Source: Patescibacteria group bacterium
Lineage (GTDB): Bacteria; Patescibacteriota; Patescibacteriia; UBA9570
Assembly: GCA_024277435.1 (NCBI GenBank)
Contig: JAJRVJ010000025.1
Coordinates: forward strand, 1 to 60,383
Direction: 5' to 3'
DNA length: 60,383 nucleotides
Shown: one piece after another, positions 39,522 to 49,694 of the stretch
Position numbering within the stretch: position 1 is the first letter of the stretch
How the letters are laid out: each line of letters begins with the position of its first letter
Program-made: the position numbers and the translations under genes
The notes under the pieces: generated by a model
What the model was told of the DNA's origin: nothing
Seen by the model: only the letters and a program-made list of their open reading frames with translations
The model's database searches: none

Positions 39522-41045
39522 TTAACAATGCGCTGCACTGGCGTCATCAAGACGTTCTTTTTCTATTTGTCGTAATAATTTTGTATTCACTTCCTTGGTT
39601 GGGTATTTATCTGTAAAACAGGCTGTACAGAAATCTTTAGCCGGCCCCTTAGTAATGCGAACCGCATCAACTAGATCTTTTATCGTTTGATAAATAAGAT
39701 AATCTGCCCCAATATGCTTTCGAATAGACTCAGTAATTTTTTCTTGCGGTGTTTTGACTGTACGCTTAATAACTTGATTTGCGATAAATTCTTGACGTGT
39801 TGGCATATCAACACCATACACACATGGTGATATAACGGGCGGAGACGCTGAAGCGACATACACATTTTTAGCGCCAGCCTCACGCATCATTTTAATGATT
39901 TCCTTAATGGTATTGCCGCGCACAATACTATCATCTACTAACAAAATGTTCTTGCGCCGTATTTCCAATGGCTGAGGATTTAATTTATACCGCACAGATT
40001 TTTTACGATTTTCATTACCCGCCATAATAAATGTTCGACCGATAAAATGATTCTTCACCAATCCCTCACGATACTTCACACCTAATTCATGTGCTAATGC
40101 CAGCGCAGAAGTTGTAGATGATGACGGAACTGGTACAACAACATCAATCTTTAATTCATCCATCTTAGGCTTAATCCGTTCTGCGAGTTTTTCACCCATG
40201 CGCAAACGTGCTTTATATACACTAATATTATTCTCAAGAGAATCTGGCCGAGAGAAATACACATATTCAAAAATACATGGTCGCCATGTACCTTCGGTAA
40301 CTTGCTTACGATGTAACTCTCCGTGCTGATCGACATATACAGCTTCGCCCGGTTTTACATCATCAACGTATTCAAAATCAAGCATTGTAAACATCACGCT
40401 CTCTGAAGTAAAAATATATTCTGCCTCACCATTATTCATGCGCTTACCAACAATTAATGGCCGAATACCACGCGGATCACGAAACGCCACCATTCCTTTA
40501 TCGGCAATAATAGCAATCGCAGAATACGCGCCCTTACAACGTTTATGTACAGCACTAACCGCTTGAAATATATTATCGGTAATTAATGCGTTCTTTTTTG
40601 GCGGCTGTTTAGTAGTAGCCTTAGCAAGTTCCTGAGCAAATACATTTAATGTAGCCTCAATATCACTATTTGCATTCAGTTTTACTAAATCTTTTTCATG
40701 AAGCTCTTTACGTAATGCAGAAAAATTTGTGAGGTTACCATTAAAAGCCATGCTAATACCATATGGTGAAGAAACCGTAAATGGCGCTGAATCTTCAATA
40801 GTCATGCCACCAGCTGTAGCATAACGAATAAAACCAATTCCCTTACTACCTTGCAAGCGCTTCATATTAGATGCATCAAATACATCACGTACAAAGCCTA
40901 AGCCTTTCTTTGTATGAAATTGATCGTTATACGTAACTATGCCACAAGCATCATGACCACGATGCTGCAACGCAATCATGCCATCATATAAATCCTGAGC
41001 AATACTACTATCTGGTTTACCGCTAATACCAATGACTCCGCACAT
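39522..41045 (-). CDS. purF: Amidophosphoribosyltransferase
   Basis: An N-terminal MCGVIGI nucleophile and the PRTase motif ILLVDDSIVRGNT. Confidence 0.95.
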   Translation of the reverse strand: MCGVIGISGKPDSSIAQDLYDGMIALQHRGHDACGIVTYNDQFHTKKGLGFVRDVFDASNMKRLQGSKGIGFIRYATAGGMTIEDSAPFTVSSPYGISMAFNGNLTNFSALRKELHEKDLVKLNANSDIEATLNVFAQELAKATTKQPPKKNALITDNIFQAVSAVHKRCKGAYSAIAIIADKGMVAFRDPRGIRPLIVGKRMNNGEAEYIFTSESVMFTMLDFEYVDDVKPGEAVYVDQHGELHRKQVTEGTWRPCIFEYVYFSRPDSLENNISVYKARLRMGEKLAERIKPKMDELKIDVVVPVPSSSTTSALALAHELGVKYREGLVKNHFIGRTFIMAGNENRKKSVRYKLNPQPLEIRRKNILLVDDSIVRGNTIKEIIKMMREAGAKNVYVASASPPVISPCVYGVDMPTRQEFIANQVIKRTVKTPQEKITESIRKHIGADYLIYQTIKDLVDAVRITKGPAKDFCTACFTDKYPTKEVNTKLLRQIEKERLDDASAAHC

Positions 41046-41048
41046 AGT

Positions 41049-42404
41049 TTATAGTTCTGCTACTTGCTTAGATAAACCTACGTATGTAGATGGAGTAAGT
41101 TTCTTGAGGTGTGTTTTATCTTTTTTAGGAATATCTAATCCATCAATAAATATATGTAGTGTTTCTTGATTCAATTGTGCTCCACGAGTTAGCGCTTTTA
41201 ATTGCTCGTACGGTGCATCTTTACCAAGCCGACGCATCACAGTTTGAATTGGTTCTGCTAATACCTCCCAGTGATTATTAAGTTCATCAAGCATTACTTT
41301 TTTATTTGGTTGAACACGGTCTAATGCGCGTAGTGTATTTTGTATAGCTAATAATGAATGCGCAATTGCAACACCTTGATTACGTAGCACTGTACTATCG
41401 GTTAAATCTCGCTGCATTCGCGACACTGCTAATTTGTCGGCCAAATGATACAACAGCGCATTCGCAATACCAATATTTCCTTCGCTGTTTTCAAAAAAGA
41501 TTGGATTAATTTTATGCGGCATTGCTGATGATCCAACTTCATCTTTTTTATTTTGTTGAACGAATAATTTACGAGAGATATACATCCACATGTCCTGATC
41601 AAAATCTTTAGTGATTGCATTAATCCGTGCCACTGCGTGATATGTTCGAGCCACTTGATCATGAGATTCGATTTGTGTGGTAGCAAGGTTAGGCTCTAAA
41701 TCAAACGTACTTACAAATTTCTTGGTAAATACCATCCAGTTCACTTGCGGATAGGCTACAACCATAGCTGCCCAATTTCCTGTGGCCCCACCAAACTTAC
41801 CCGTAAACCGAATAGATTGCAACGCTTCAAGCTGACGTTCTAATCGTTGAACATACACCATGTATTCCTTACCAAGCGTTGTAGGGGTAGCCGGCTGACC
41901 ATGCGTAAGACTCAACATTGATAATCCTTTATCACGACGAGCCAATTTACGCAGTGCGGTAATAAATGTTTCAACCTCTGGAACATACACTTCTTCAACA
42001 GCATCCTTCAACATTGATGTGAACGCTAAATTATTCACATCCTCACTAGTGAGTGCAAAATGTACAAACTCAAGAACTGGCTTTAACGAAGTACGCTTAA
42101 GCCGTTCTTTAATAAAATATTCAATAGCTTTAACATCGTGCTTAGTAGTATCTTCAATTTCTTTTACACGTTCAGCTTGTTTGATGGTGAATTTTTCATA
42201 CAAGGCATGAACTTTTTCCTTCTCGGCTTTAGTAAATCTTCGAACTTCTTTAATTTTTGGCTCTTCAGATAGAGCGATAAGATACATTACCTCTACCTTA
42301 ATGCGATACCCCATAAGCGCCATTTCTGAAAAATAATCAGTCAGCACGTGCATCTTTGTTCGATAACGGCCGTCGATTGGGGAAATAGATTGTAGAGGAT
42401 TCAT
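41049..42404 (-). CDS. purB: Adenylosuccinate lyase
   Basis: SPIDGRY..., the signature GSSAMPHKINP, and a 451-aa length. Confidence 0.95.
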   Translation of the reverse strand: MNPLQSISPIDGRYRTKMHVLTDYFSEMALMGYRIKVEVMYLIALSEEPKIKEVRRFTKAEKEKVHALYEKFTIKQAERVKEIEDTTKHDVKAIEYFIKERLKRTSLKPVLEFVHFALTSEDVNNLAFTSMLKDAVEEVYVPEVETFITALRKLARRDKGLSMLSLTHGQPATPTTLGKEYMVYVQRLERQLEALQSIRFTGKFGGATGNWAAMVVAYPQVNWMVFTKKFVSTFDLEPNLATTQIESHDQVARTYHAVARINAITKDFDQDMWMYISRKLFVQQNKKDEVGSSAMPHKINPIFFENSEGNIGIANALLYHLADKLAVSRMQRDLTDSTVLRNQGVAIAHSLLAIQNTLRALDRVQPNKKVMLDELNNHWEVLAEPIQTVMRRLGKDAPYEQLKALTRGAQLNQETLHIFIDGLDIPKKDKTHLKKLTPSTYVGLSKQVAEL

Positions 42405-42489
42405 ATAAGAAGAATAAAATTAGCAATATTGTCTAATAGAAGCTGTAGTATAACATGAATTTTACAATAATAAAAGCGCAAAATTTGCT

Positions 42490-43014
42490 CTAAATACCAA
42501 TATTTCGGTAACCCAGCGGGAAGGTGATTAACCAACCCGCCGGAGTGAATCCCGCGCTACCAAGTAGTTCACGTACCACGTTGCGCTTCAGTGCCGGCAC
42601 CTTGATGGCCGGCAAGCCAATTGGGTGCAGCAGCGCAATGGCTGCACTTAATAGTAGCGAAGCACGCCACTCTGAAGCAGCCTCCAACCAAACAAGTATC
42701 GCGAATAGCTCCCAAAATACTTCATTCAGCGTACCAGGCCACGAAGCGGTAGTCCTGAGCAATGTGCTTTGCATCCCACGACAGAATTTTCGCTGACTCT
42801 GGTTGTGCGCGTAGCACTGCGCGAAAAACATCTGTCCGATCACATCAAAAAACCGATGAGGCGGATGGAACCTCAGATACTCCACGCAGGCCTCAAACAG
42901 CTCGCGAATCTCAGTCACATCCACCAAACCCAACAAATCGAGCTCGGCCAATAACCTTTCGATATCTGTCGCCTGCTCATCATGGGTACGCACGGTAATC
43001 CATACATCCTCCAC
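42490..43014 (-). CDS. Hypothetical protein encoded by G+C-rich island 2 (foreign composition), inserted between purE and purB
   Basis: 174-aa ORF with a GTG start. The line 42601-42660 has 33/60 G+C by hand count. The C-terminal half is hydrophobic and Trp-rich (EVFWELFAILVWLEAASEW...LLLSAAIALLHPIGLPAI). I recognised no family, and the start is uncertain. Confidence 0.5.
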   Translation of the reverse strand: MEDVWITVRTHDEQATDIERLLAELDLLGLVDVTEIRELFEACVEYLRFHPPHRFFDVIGQMFFAQCYAHNQSQRKFCRGMQSTLLRTTASWPGTLNEVFWELFAILVWLEAASEWRASLLLSAAIALLHPIGLPAIKVPALKRNVVRELLGSAGFTPAGWLITFPLGYRNIGI

Positions 43015-43190
43015 TAACGGAACTCATTTCCACGCTGTATATGTTAATAGCATTCACACATACAATACGAAATTGATAAGGTCATAACAAAAAAGAGCTA
43101 TCAATACAATATCTCCTTTTTCCTGTTTGAAGATGATATGAGGACCAACCTTATAAGAGGCTGCACAGAACGGCCATAAATTTGGCCCCC

Positions 43191-43218
43191 GTTATATCAT
43201 TAGATACCTAGGCGTCAA
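43191..43218 (-). promoter_or_regulatory. Candidate sigma70-type promoter upstream of island 2
   Basis: On the minus strand: TTGACG (43213-43218), a 16-nt spacer, then TATAAC (43191-43196). It lies 16 nt downstream of the purE stop. Confidence 0.35.
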
Positions 43219-43233
43219 GACTTATGTGTAGCC

Positions 43234-43644
43234 TTATACTGCGAAAATCCGCTCGATAGCCTGTGCCGCATTCTTTGGCTCTAGCACAGTAAGTACCGGA
43301 GTATTAGATGGCATCTGTAGTGTAGAATTGATATTCACCATAAAATCATCTTTATCTTTAAATGGTGGTACTGCTAACACTGGATGCTTTGTATTACACG
43401 CTACTACACCAGACAGAGCATTCGAACGCCCCGCTACCGTAACATAGACAATTGAATCACCAGAATTTTCCCAGCCCTCAATTAATTCTAATAGCCGTTT
43501 TGTTTCCTTATGCGCAGAACACGCTTCCCATTCATGGATAATGTTTACTTCATCAAGAGCTAATTCAATTTTTTGAACGAACTCTTGGTCGGATTTTGAT
43601 CCTGAAATGATAATTACTTTATTCATGCAACTAGTATAGCACAA
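43234..43644 (-). CDS. purE: AIR carboxylase/mutase PurE (short form)
   Basis: VIIISGSKSD, SAHK, and VTVAGRSNALSGVVACNTKHPVLAVP. The likely start is MNKVII at 43626. No purK is present in the cluster. Confidence 0.8.
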   Translation of the reverse strand: MCYTSCMNKVIIISGSKSDQEFVQKIELALDEVNIIHEWEACSAHKETKRLLELIEGWENSGDSIVYVTVAGRSNALSGVVACNTKHPVLAVPPFKDKDDFMVNINSTLQMPSNTPVLTVLEPKNAAQAIERIFAV

Positions 43645-43652
43645 CTAATAAT

Positions 43653-44432
43653 CTATGCCGCCTCAGATTCTTCACCCTCTGCACTTTCATCTAAACGCCT
43701 CTTACGCTCCTGATAATCTCTACGTCCGCTCCTACCTAAATTTATCCAACCTTTTTCTTTATATGCATCCATCACAGCCGCATCGCCAGCATCCGGCTGC
43801 CCCTCTAATCGTGATTGATCATATGACGAGCCCTGCATTTCAGAAATCTGTGTAGGAACTTCATCAAAACCTCCAGGTAATCCCTCGGAAGAATTCATTG
43901 CTTCTACTATTGGCTGTAAAGAATCTAAAGTGCGTTGCTCATGAGGCAGTAATTCACCCTGATTTGGACCAGCCGCCAATTCGCGTTGTCTATCCAATAA
44001 ATATGTATAACGATCCTGCACCGCTTCTTTCAATGTATCCGGCGCATCTGCCATATCTACACGAAATCTAGAAACAGGCGTGCCATCAACACTATCCGAT
44101 AGTGCAGATTGAAATTCATGCCCCACAGATCCAACTACATCTACATACGGGGATGGACCTTCAGCTACACCGGATTTATACTCTGCTCCAGCAAGCTTTT
44201 CCGACTGCGCCATACCAAGTTGCACCGTAACTTCTTTCGTTCTTTTTCCATCTGGCATATCAAATGTAAATCCACCTTGCTCAAGCAATTTCTCACGAGT
44301 AACCTCAGCTTGCTGAGCATCCTCTAACTGGTGCCGGGTCATTTTAACTGTATCTACCTTAATTGGCTTTGCTTCGCGTCGTTCCTCTTGAGCTCTTCTA
44401 GCTCGCCGAGCACGCCCTCGTGAATGTGCCAT
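43653..44432 (-). CDS. Hypothetical protein with an Arg-rich N-terminus and an acidic C-terminus
   Basis: 259-aa ORF. I recognised no family. The sampled line 43741-43800 has 29/60 G+C. Confidence 0.5.
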   Translation of the reverse strand: MAHSRGRARRARRAQEERREAKPIKVDTVKMTRHQLEDAQQAEVTREKLLEQGGFTFDMPDGKRTKEVTVQLGMAQSEKLAGAEYKSGVAEGPSPYVDVVGSVGHEFQSALSDSVDGTPVSRFRVDMADAPDTLKEAVQDRYTYLLDRQRELAAGPNQGELLPHEQRTLDSLQPIVEAMNSSEGLPGGFDEVPTQISEMQGSSYDQSRLEGQPDAGDAAVMDAYKEKGWINLGRSGRRDYQERKRRLDESAEGEESEAA

Positions 44433-44465
44433 AATGATTGACTAATTACGAATGAATTATGATAT

Positions 44466-44494
44466 AGAATATCAAAAAAACACGGCTTTGTCAA
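44466..44494 (-). promoter_or_regulatory. Internal sigma70-type promoter downstream of purC
   Basis: On the minus strand: TTGACA (44489-44494), a 17-nt spacer, then TATTCT (44466-44471). Confidence 0.45.
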
Positions 44495-44498
44495 TCTA

Positions 44499-45479
44499 CT
44501 AAACCTTATCTGGAAAAGCTGCCTTCAAATTTTGAACAATGCGTTCATTTACTGGTATGCTTGCGTCTGGATATTCAAATTCCTTACCAGTAATAGCTTC
44601 ATACAACTGAATATAACGAGAAGATAATTCTACTACCAATTCATCTGGAGCTGCCGGTAGCTCTGCATCATTATACGGATCACAATTTTCTTTAAACCAC
44701 AGTCGCAAAAATTCTTTATCAATATTATCTGGCTCTTCACCAGCATTGAATTTAGCTTCATAACTATCAGCAATCCAGTAACGTGATGAATCTGGCGTAT
44801 GAATTTCATCCACTAATGTAATTACACCATCCTTATCTTTTCCTAATTCATATTTTGTATCTACAAGAATCATTCCATTCTCATGAGCAATTTTCTGTCC
44901 ACGCGCAAATAATGCTAATGCAATTTCAGCACAGGCATCCCAGTCTTCTTGTGTCATTAATCCGCGCTTCACAATTTCTTCAGCAGAAATTTTTTCATCA
45001 TGCTCATCACTCTTTGTAGTAGGAGTAATAATTGCAGTTTTAAATGCTTGATTTTTTACCATACCCTCAGGCAGAGTATTTCCACAAAATTCTCGCTCTC
45101 CTTTTTCATACGCTGTCCACGCTGCTGTGCTAGTTACACCCGTGAGATACCCTCGTACAACAAATTCAACTGGAAATACATCACACTTCTTTGCAATTAG
45201 CACGTTAGGATCTGGTACTGAAAGCATGTGATTTGGTACAATATCCTTTGTTTCTTCAAACCAAAATTGCGATACAGTATTTAACACCTGCCCCTTAAAA
45301 GGAATTGCGGCCAAAACACGATCGAACGCAGATTGCCGATCGGTGGTTACTAATACAAGTTGATCGCCAGCATCATAGGCGTCGCGCACTTTACCATTAT
45401 ACTTCTTACCCAAGCTATCAAATGCAGTTTCTGTTAAACAGTTATTAAGGTTAGCAGCGATCTTATCTTTATCAATCAT
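44499..45479 (-). CDS. purC: SAICAR synthetase (long form)
   Basis: 326 aa: GKVRDAY...LVLVTTDRQSAFD...LVDTKYELG. Confidence 0.9.
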   Translation of the reverse strand: MIDKDKIAANLNNCLTETAFDSLGKKYNGKVRDAYDAGDQLVLVTTDRQSAFDRVLAAIPFKGQVLNTVSQFWFEETKDIVPNHMLSVPDPNVLIAKKCDVFPVEFVVRGYLTGVTSTAAWTAYEKGEREFCGNTLPEGMVKNQAFKTAIITPTTKSDEHDEKISAEEIVKRGLMTQEDWDACAEIALALFARGQKIAHENGMILVDTKYELGKDKDGVITLVDEIHTPDSSRYWIADSYEAKFNAGEEPDNIDKEFLRLWFKENCDPYNDAELPAAPDELVVELSSRYIQLYEAITGKEFEYPDASIPVNERIVQNLKAAFPDKV

Positions 45480-45500
45480 AATGGTAATTTCGGTTATGTA

Positions 45501-46775
45501 TTATTTAATCAATGTACACTCTTGTGAATATGGATTATATAAAATGTATGTTTGCAATATTTCTGTGGCAATTTCTAAACGCTTACCAGCATTATCCTCA
45601 TCAATATGTAATTCCCATACCACACCTTTACGAATATTTTCAATCATGTGCATTTGCAAACGATCTTGTAACATTTTCGTAACAGACCTACCCTCATAAT
45701 CATCTGAATAGCGCACAAGGAACGAAATCATTTTATCATCTACCACATGTTTCGTAGTATAGATTTCTTTATTTGTATTTAACAACTCACCAGATTGCAC
45801 AACCTCATTAATAATCACTTCCTTTTGATCCTCTGGCGCTGAATGCCACACTTCCCAATGGGTTTTACGAGTAACAGTTACATTAGTATACCCTTTTTGT
45901 TGAAGAACTAACTCTACAGACTTAGCCGCTTTATCAGTAATAATTAAATCAACATACAACTCTATAGCCTTCCCCGAATCATACGGAGCAACTTTATTAG
46001 CTGGCGGCTGCCAAGCAATACTATATGGCTTCTGTTTTGGCTTTTCTTCCAAAAATGTTTTTAACGAATCAAACAATGGAATACCGGTATCAAATCGCTC
46101 TGGATGCGGCATGTACGCCACTACATTGCCTTCTTTATTACATAGGCCAGCAATACCCCATTCCGCTCCATTGGGTGTGGTTGGAAATTCATTCAATACC
46201 TTACCATCCTCGGTAGAATATTTAAATAGGATCTGATTATGTTTTTCCAGCTCCATCAGAAGATCATTGGAAAAAATAAATCGTCCTTCACCGTTTGCTA
46301 CACTCGCTGGAATAATATCACATTGTTCATAATTCATAGTTACGGCGCTACGACCCTTAGGCGAAACCGATTGCATATATATTGTGTCGTGATAAAAACC
46401 TGTACCGATAATTTCACCCTCGCGTACTCGCGTATTCATAGCAACGGCTCCAGCTAACGCATGATTATCTAAGCCAGGAACCATCCCAGTTTCAATAAGT
46501 ATCTGACAACCATTACAAATACCAATTACGGGCTTACCAGTATCAGCCTGCTCGGTAATTAAACCAATAATAGGATCTTGCGATGCAATAATTCCAGCTC
46601 GGCTACGATCCTCATATGCAAAACCACCGGGTAGTACATAGCCATCAAAATCTTTAATACGATCTCGCTCATTCCAACGCACAAAATCCGCTTGCAATCC
46701 AGCGTTCTCTAATGAGCGCTTAGTTTCATTTTCACAATTTGTTCCTGGAAACTGCAGTACGGCTATACGAAACAT
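45501..46775 (-). CDS. purQ: FGAM synthase glutaminase subunit PurQ fused to two PurS-like domains
   Basis: N-terminal FRIAVLQFPGTNCE...GICNGCQIL...MPHPER, followed by two segments of about 80 aa with PurS-like alternating patterns. Confidence 0.85.
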   Translation of the reverse strand: MFRIAVLQFPGTNCENETKRSLENAGLQADFVRWNERDRIKDFDGYVLPGGFAYEDRSRAGIIASQDPIIGLITEQADTGKPVIGICNGCQILIETGMVPGLDNHALAGAVAMNTRVREGEIIGTGFYHDTIYMQSVSPKGRSAVTMNYEQCDIIPASVANGEGRFIFSNDLLMELEKHNQILFKYSTEDGKVLNEFPTTPNGAEWGIAGLCNKEGNVVAYMPHPERFDTGIPLFDSLKTFLEEKPKQKPYSIAWQPPANKVAPYDSGKAIELYVDLIITDKAAKSVELVLQQKGYTNVTVTRKTHWEVWHSAPEDQKEVIINEVVQSGELLNTNKEIYTTKHVVDDKMISFLVRYSDDYEGRSVTKMLQDRLQMHMIENIRKGVVWELHIDEDNAGKRLEIATEILQTYILYNPYSQECTLIK

Positions 46776-47803
46776 ACGTCCTGCTTTCCTTTAATAATTT
46801 TACCAATAGCATACGCCTTTACATCATCATGTCCTTCAACAAGTGCCTTGCTTACCTCTTCCGCTTGTTCGGCTGGTACAATCACCGCTAAACCAATTCC
46901 CATATTAAATGTTGTATACATATCCTCATCAGGTACATCACCAAATTGTTGAATAGCTTCAAAAATAGGGGTAATTTCCCAACTATCTTTTTCAATTTCT
47001 GCAGCTAAACCAGGATGAATAATACGTGGGATATTTCCCACTAATCCACCGCCGGTAATATGAGCAATACCACGAACGTCGTAATCTTTTAAAACAGGTA
47101 CAACATATTTTGTATAATTTTGATGGGGTTTCATTAATGCAGCTCCAACAGATCCTGGTAGTTCAGCCATAATATCGCGCACGGTATATTTCATTTTATC
47201 AAACAGTACCTTACGAGCCAATGAATACCCATTAGTATGTAGACCGGTTGAACTCAATCCAATAATCACGTCACCTTCTTGAATTGCTGAACCATCAAGT
47301 ACCTTAGATTTTTCTACAATACCTAATACTGCGCCAGCAATATCCCACTCACCCATTTGATATGTCCCAGGCATCTCTGCTGTTTCACCACCAACTAATG
47401 ACAATCCATTAGCCTTACACTCTTTTGCCATTCCCGTAACAATTTGTTCTAATACGTCTGGGTCTAAATTTTCTGTAGCAACATAATCTAAAAATGTCAG
47501 CGGCGTAGCCCCCTGACACAATACATCGTTACAACTATGCGCCACAATATCTGCTCCAACTTGTTCATATGAGTTCATCATGGCTGCTACAGCCATTTTT
47601 GTACCTACACCATCGATACTTTGAACCAATACTGGCTCTTTATAATCCTTCAATAATGGGGTAAGGTCGTATAATGAACCAAATAAACCAATACCCGTAA
47701 GCACCCGTTCATTAAACGTACTTTTTACTATTGATGAGATTCGATCAACCGCCTCTTTTCCTTTGTTGATATCTACTCCTGAGTCCTTATATGTAATTGC
47801 CAT
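46763..47803 (-). CDS. purM: AIR synthetase
   Basis: YKDSGVDINKG...DGVGTK...GGETAEMPG. Confidence 0.95.
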   Translation of the reverse strand: MAITYKDSGVDINKGKEAVDRISSIVKSTFNERVLTGIGLFGSLYDLTPLLKDYKEPVLVQSIDGVGTKMAVAAMMNSYEQVGADIVAHSCNDVLCQGATPLTFLDYVATENLDPDVLEQIVTGMAKECKANGLSLVGGETAEMPGTYQMGEWDIAGAVLGIVEKSKVLDGSAIQEGDVIIGLSSTGLHTNGYSLARKVLFDKMKYTVRDIMAELPGSVGAALMKPHQNYTKYVVPVLKDYDVRGIAHITGGGLVGNIPRIIHPGLAAEIEKDSWEITPIFEAIQQFGDVPDEDMYTTFNMGIGLAVIVPAEQAEEVSKALVEGHDDVKAYAIGKIIKGKQDVCFV

Positions 47804-47852
47804 ACAGCGCTACTTTATCACAAATTAATTAAAATCGAAAGCCTTTTTGCTA

Positions 47853-49127
47853 TTATCTCTGAAGTTTACGAGCTAAAGCGGTTAATTGCTTGCGATACCG
47901 TGAAATACTGATTGTTTTTTGAGCTACACCATCACGCATAGCTGCTTTTGCCACTACAGAAGATACCTCTACTAATGCCCTATCATCAAATGGCTTAGGC
48001 ACAATATAGTCTGCTCCAAAACGCAATGGCTTTCCACCGTATGCCCTGCGAATACGCTGCGGTACAGATTCATGAGCGAGTTGCGCTAAGGCAATAGTGG
48101 CAGCCACCTTCATATTATTAGTAATACGCTTAGCTCGCACATCAAGGGCTCCTCGAAAGATGAATGGGAAGCCAAGCACATTGTTAATTTGATTAGGATA
48201 ATCACTACGGCCAGTGGCCATAATAATATCATCACGAGTACGCTTAGCCAGTGCATACGCAATTTCAGGATCTGGATTTGCTAACGCGAATACAATAGGA
48301 TCACTTGCCATTGTCATGACCATTTCCGGCGTAAGAATATCGGCCATTGATACTCCCACAAATACATCAGCGTTCATAATAATTTCATCCATGGTACGTT
48401 CAACACAATTCTGGGCATAGGTTTTTTTATGCTCGGTAAGATTTTTACGACCTTTCGTAATTACACCTTTACTATCTATCATGTACACATTCTTCTTGCG
48501 CGCACCCAATCGAATATAATGCTCTGCACATCGAATACCGGCCGCTCCGGCTCCAGAGATCACAATCTTTACATCTTCAATCTTTTTACCAGCCAACGCT
48601 AACGCATTAATAAGCGCTGCGCCAGAAATAATTGGCGTACCATGTTGATCATCATGAAATACTGGAATATTTAAGCGTTTTTGTAATTCATCTTCTACAT
48701 AAAAACACGTTGGGGATGAAATATCTTCTAAATTTATTCCTCCAAATGATGGTGCTAGTGATGCGATAATATCTACCATCTTTTCTGGATCAGTTTCATC
48801 AATTTCCAAATCAAACGAATCTACTCCGGCGAATCGCTTGAACAATACGCTCTTGCCCTCCATTACTGGCTTACTCGCTTCAGGACCAATATCACCTAAG
48901 CCTAGTACCGCCGTGCCATTACTAATAACCGCTACTAAATTACCTCTATTAGTATAGTCGTATACTTTGGAAACATCCTTAGCAATCTCTCGGCTTGGAT
49001 CGGCAACGCCAGGTGTATAGGCCAATGATAAATCACGCTGTGTATTACATGGCTTAGTAATGTCTGTACCAAGTTTTCCAGCTGGTTCTTTAGAATGATA
49101 ATCGAGAGCTTGTTTTTTAGTAATCAT
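47853..49127 (-). CDS. NAD(P)-dependent malic enzyme (short, about 420-aa type)
   Basis: [18 protein letters not shown] and the Rossmann motif ISGAGAAGI. Confidence 0.9.
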   Translation of the reverse strand: MITKKQALDYHSKEPAGKLGTDITKPCNTQRDLSLAYTPGVADPSREIAKDVSKVYDYTNRGNLVAVISNGTAVLGLGDIGPEASKPVMEGKSVLFKRFAGVDSFDLEIDETDPEKMVDIIASLAPSFGGINLEDISSPTCFYVEDELQKRLNIPVFHDDQHGTPIISGAALINALALAGKKIEDVKIVISGAGAAGIRCAEHYIRLGARKKNVYMIDSKGVITKGRKNLTEHKKTYAQNCVERTMDEIIMNADVFVGVSMADILTPEMVMTMASDPIVFALANPDPEIAYALAKRTRDDIIMATGRSDYPNQINNVLGFPFIFRGALDVRAKRITNNMKVAATIALAQLAHESVPQRIRRAYGGKPLRFGADYIVPKPFDDRALVEVSSVVAKAAMRDGVAQKTISISRYRKQLTALARKLQR

Positions 49128-49136
49128 AGCGAACAG

Positions 49137-49694
49137 TTATTGTTTTTTATATATTGTTGTTGAAGCTTTTTCTACTTTTTGAAATAAACTACTACCTTTC
49201 GTATCCATCATACATACTACCGGAAAATCTTTCACTTCAAGCTCCCAGATTGCATCCGTCATTCCAAACTCTGTTTTATATACATTCAATACTTTTACAA
49301 TATGGCTTGCATATACTACAGACGCCCCGCCAATTGCCGCACAATAAATTCCTTGTTTTATCAAAGCTTTACGTACCCCCTCATCCATTCCTCCCTTACC
49401 AATAATTGCGCGAATATTATATTTCTCAATAAGTTGTGGTGTATAGTGATTCACTCGTGCGCTAGTAGTTGGTCCCGCAGCAATAATAGTGTATTCCTTC
49501 CCTTTTTTTTCAAACATTGGCCCACAGTGATACACAACAGCATTATGCATTGGCTTAAAATCTGTTTTTAATAACCAACGATGCGCTTTATCACGAACAG
49601 TAAGCACTCTACCACTAAACAACACTTCATCACCTGCCTTTACGCGCATGATATCTTCCTTAGTTGGAGGAGTAGTAATATGAATTGTTGCCAT
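49137..49694 (-). CDS. Fe-S hydro-lyase beta subunit (class I fumarate hydratase / tartrate dehydratase type)
   Basis: VRDKAH..., GPTTS and GKGGM motifs. The real start MATIHI (49692-49694) overlaps the alpha-subunit stop as TAATG. The track ORF extends to 49733. Confidence 0.85.
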   Translation of the reverse strand: MATIHITTPPTKEDIMRVKAGDEVLFSGRVLTVRDKAHRWLLKTDFKPMHNAVVYHCGPMFEKKGKEYTIIAAGPTTSARVNHYTPQLIEKYNIRAIIGKGGMDEGVRKALIKQGIYCAAIGGASVVYASHIVKVLNVYKTEFGMTDAIWELEVKDFPVVCMMDTKGSSLFQKVEKASTTIYKKQ

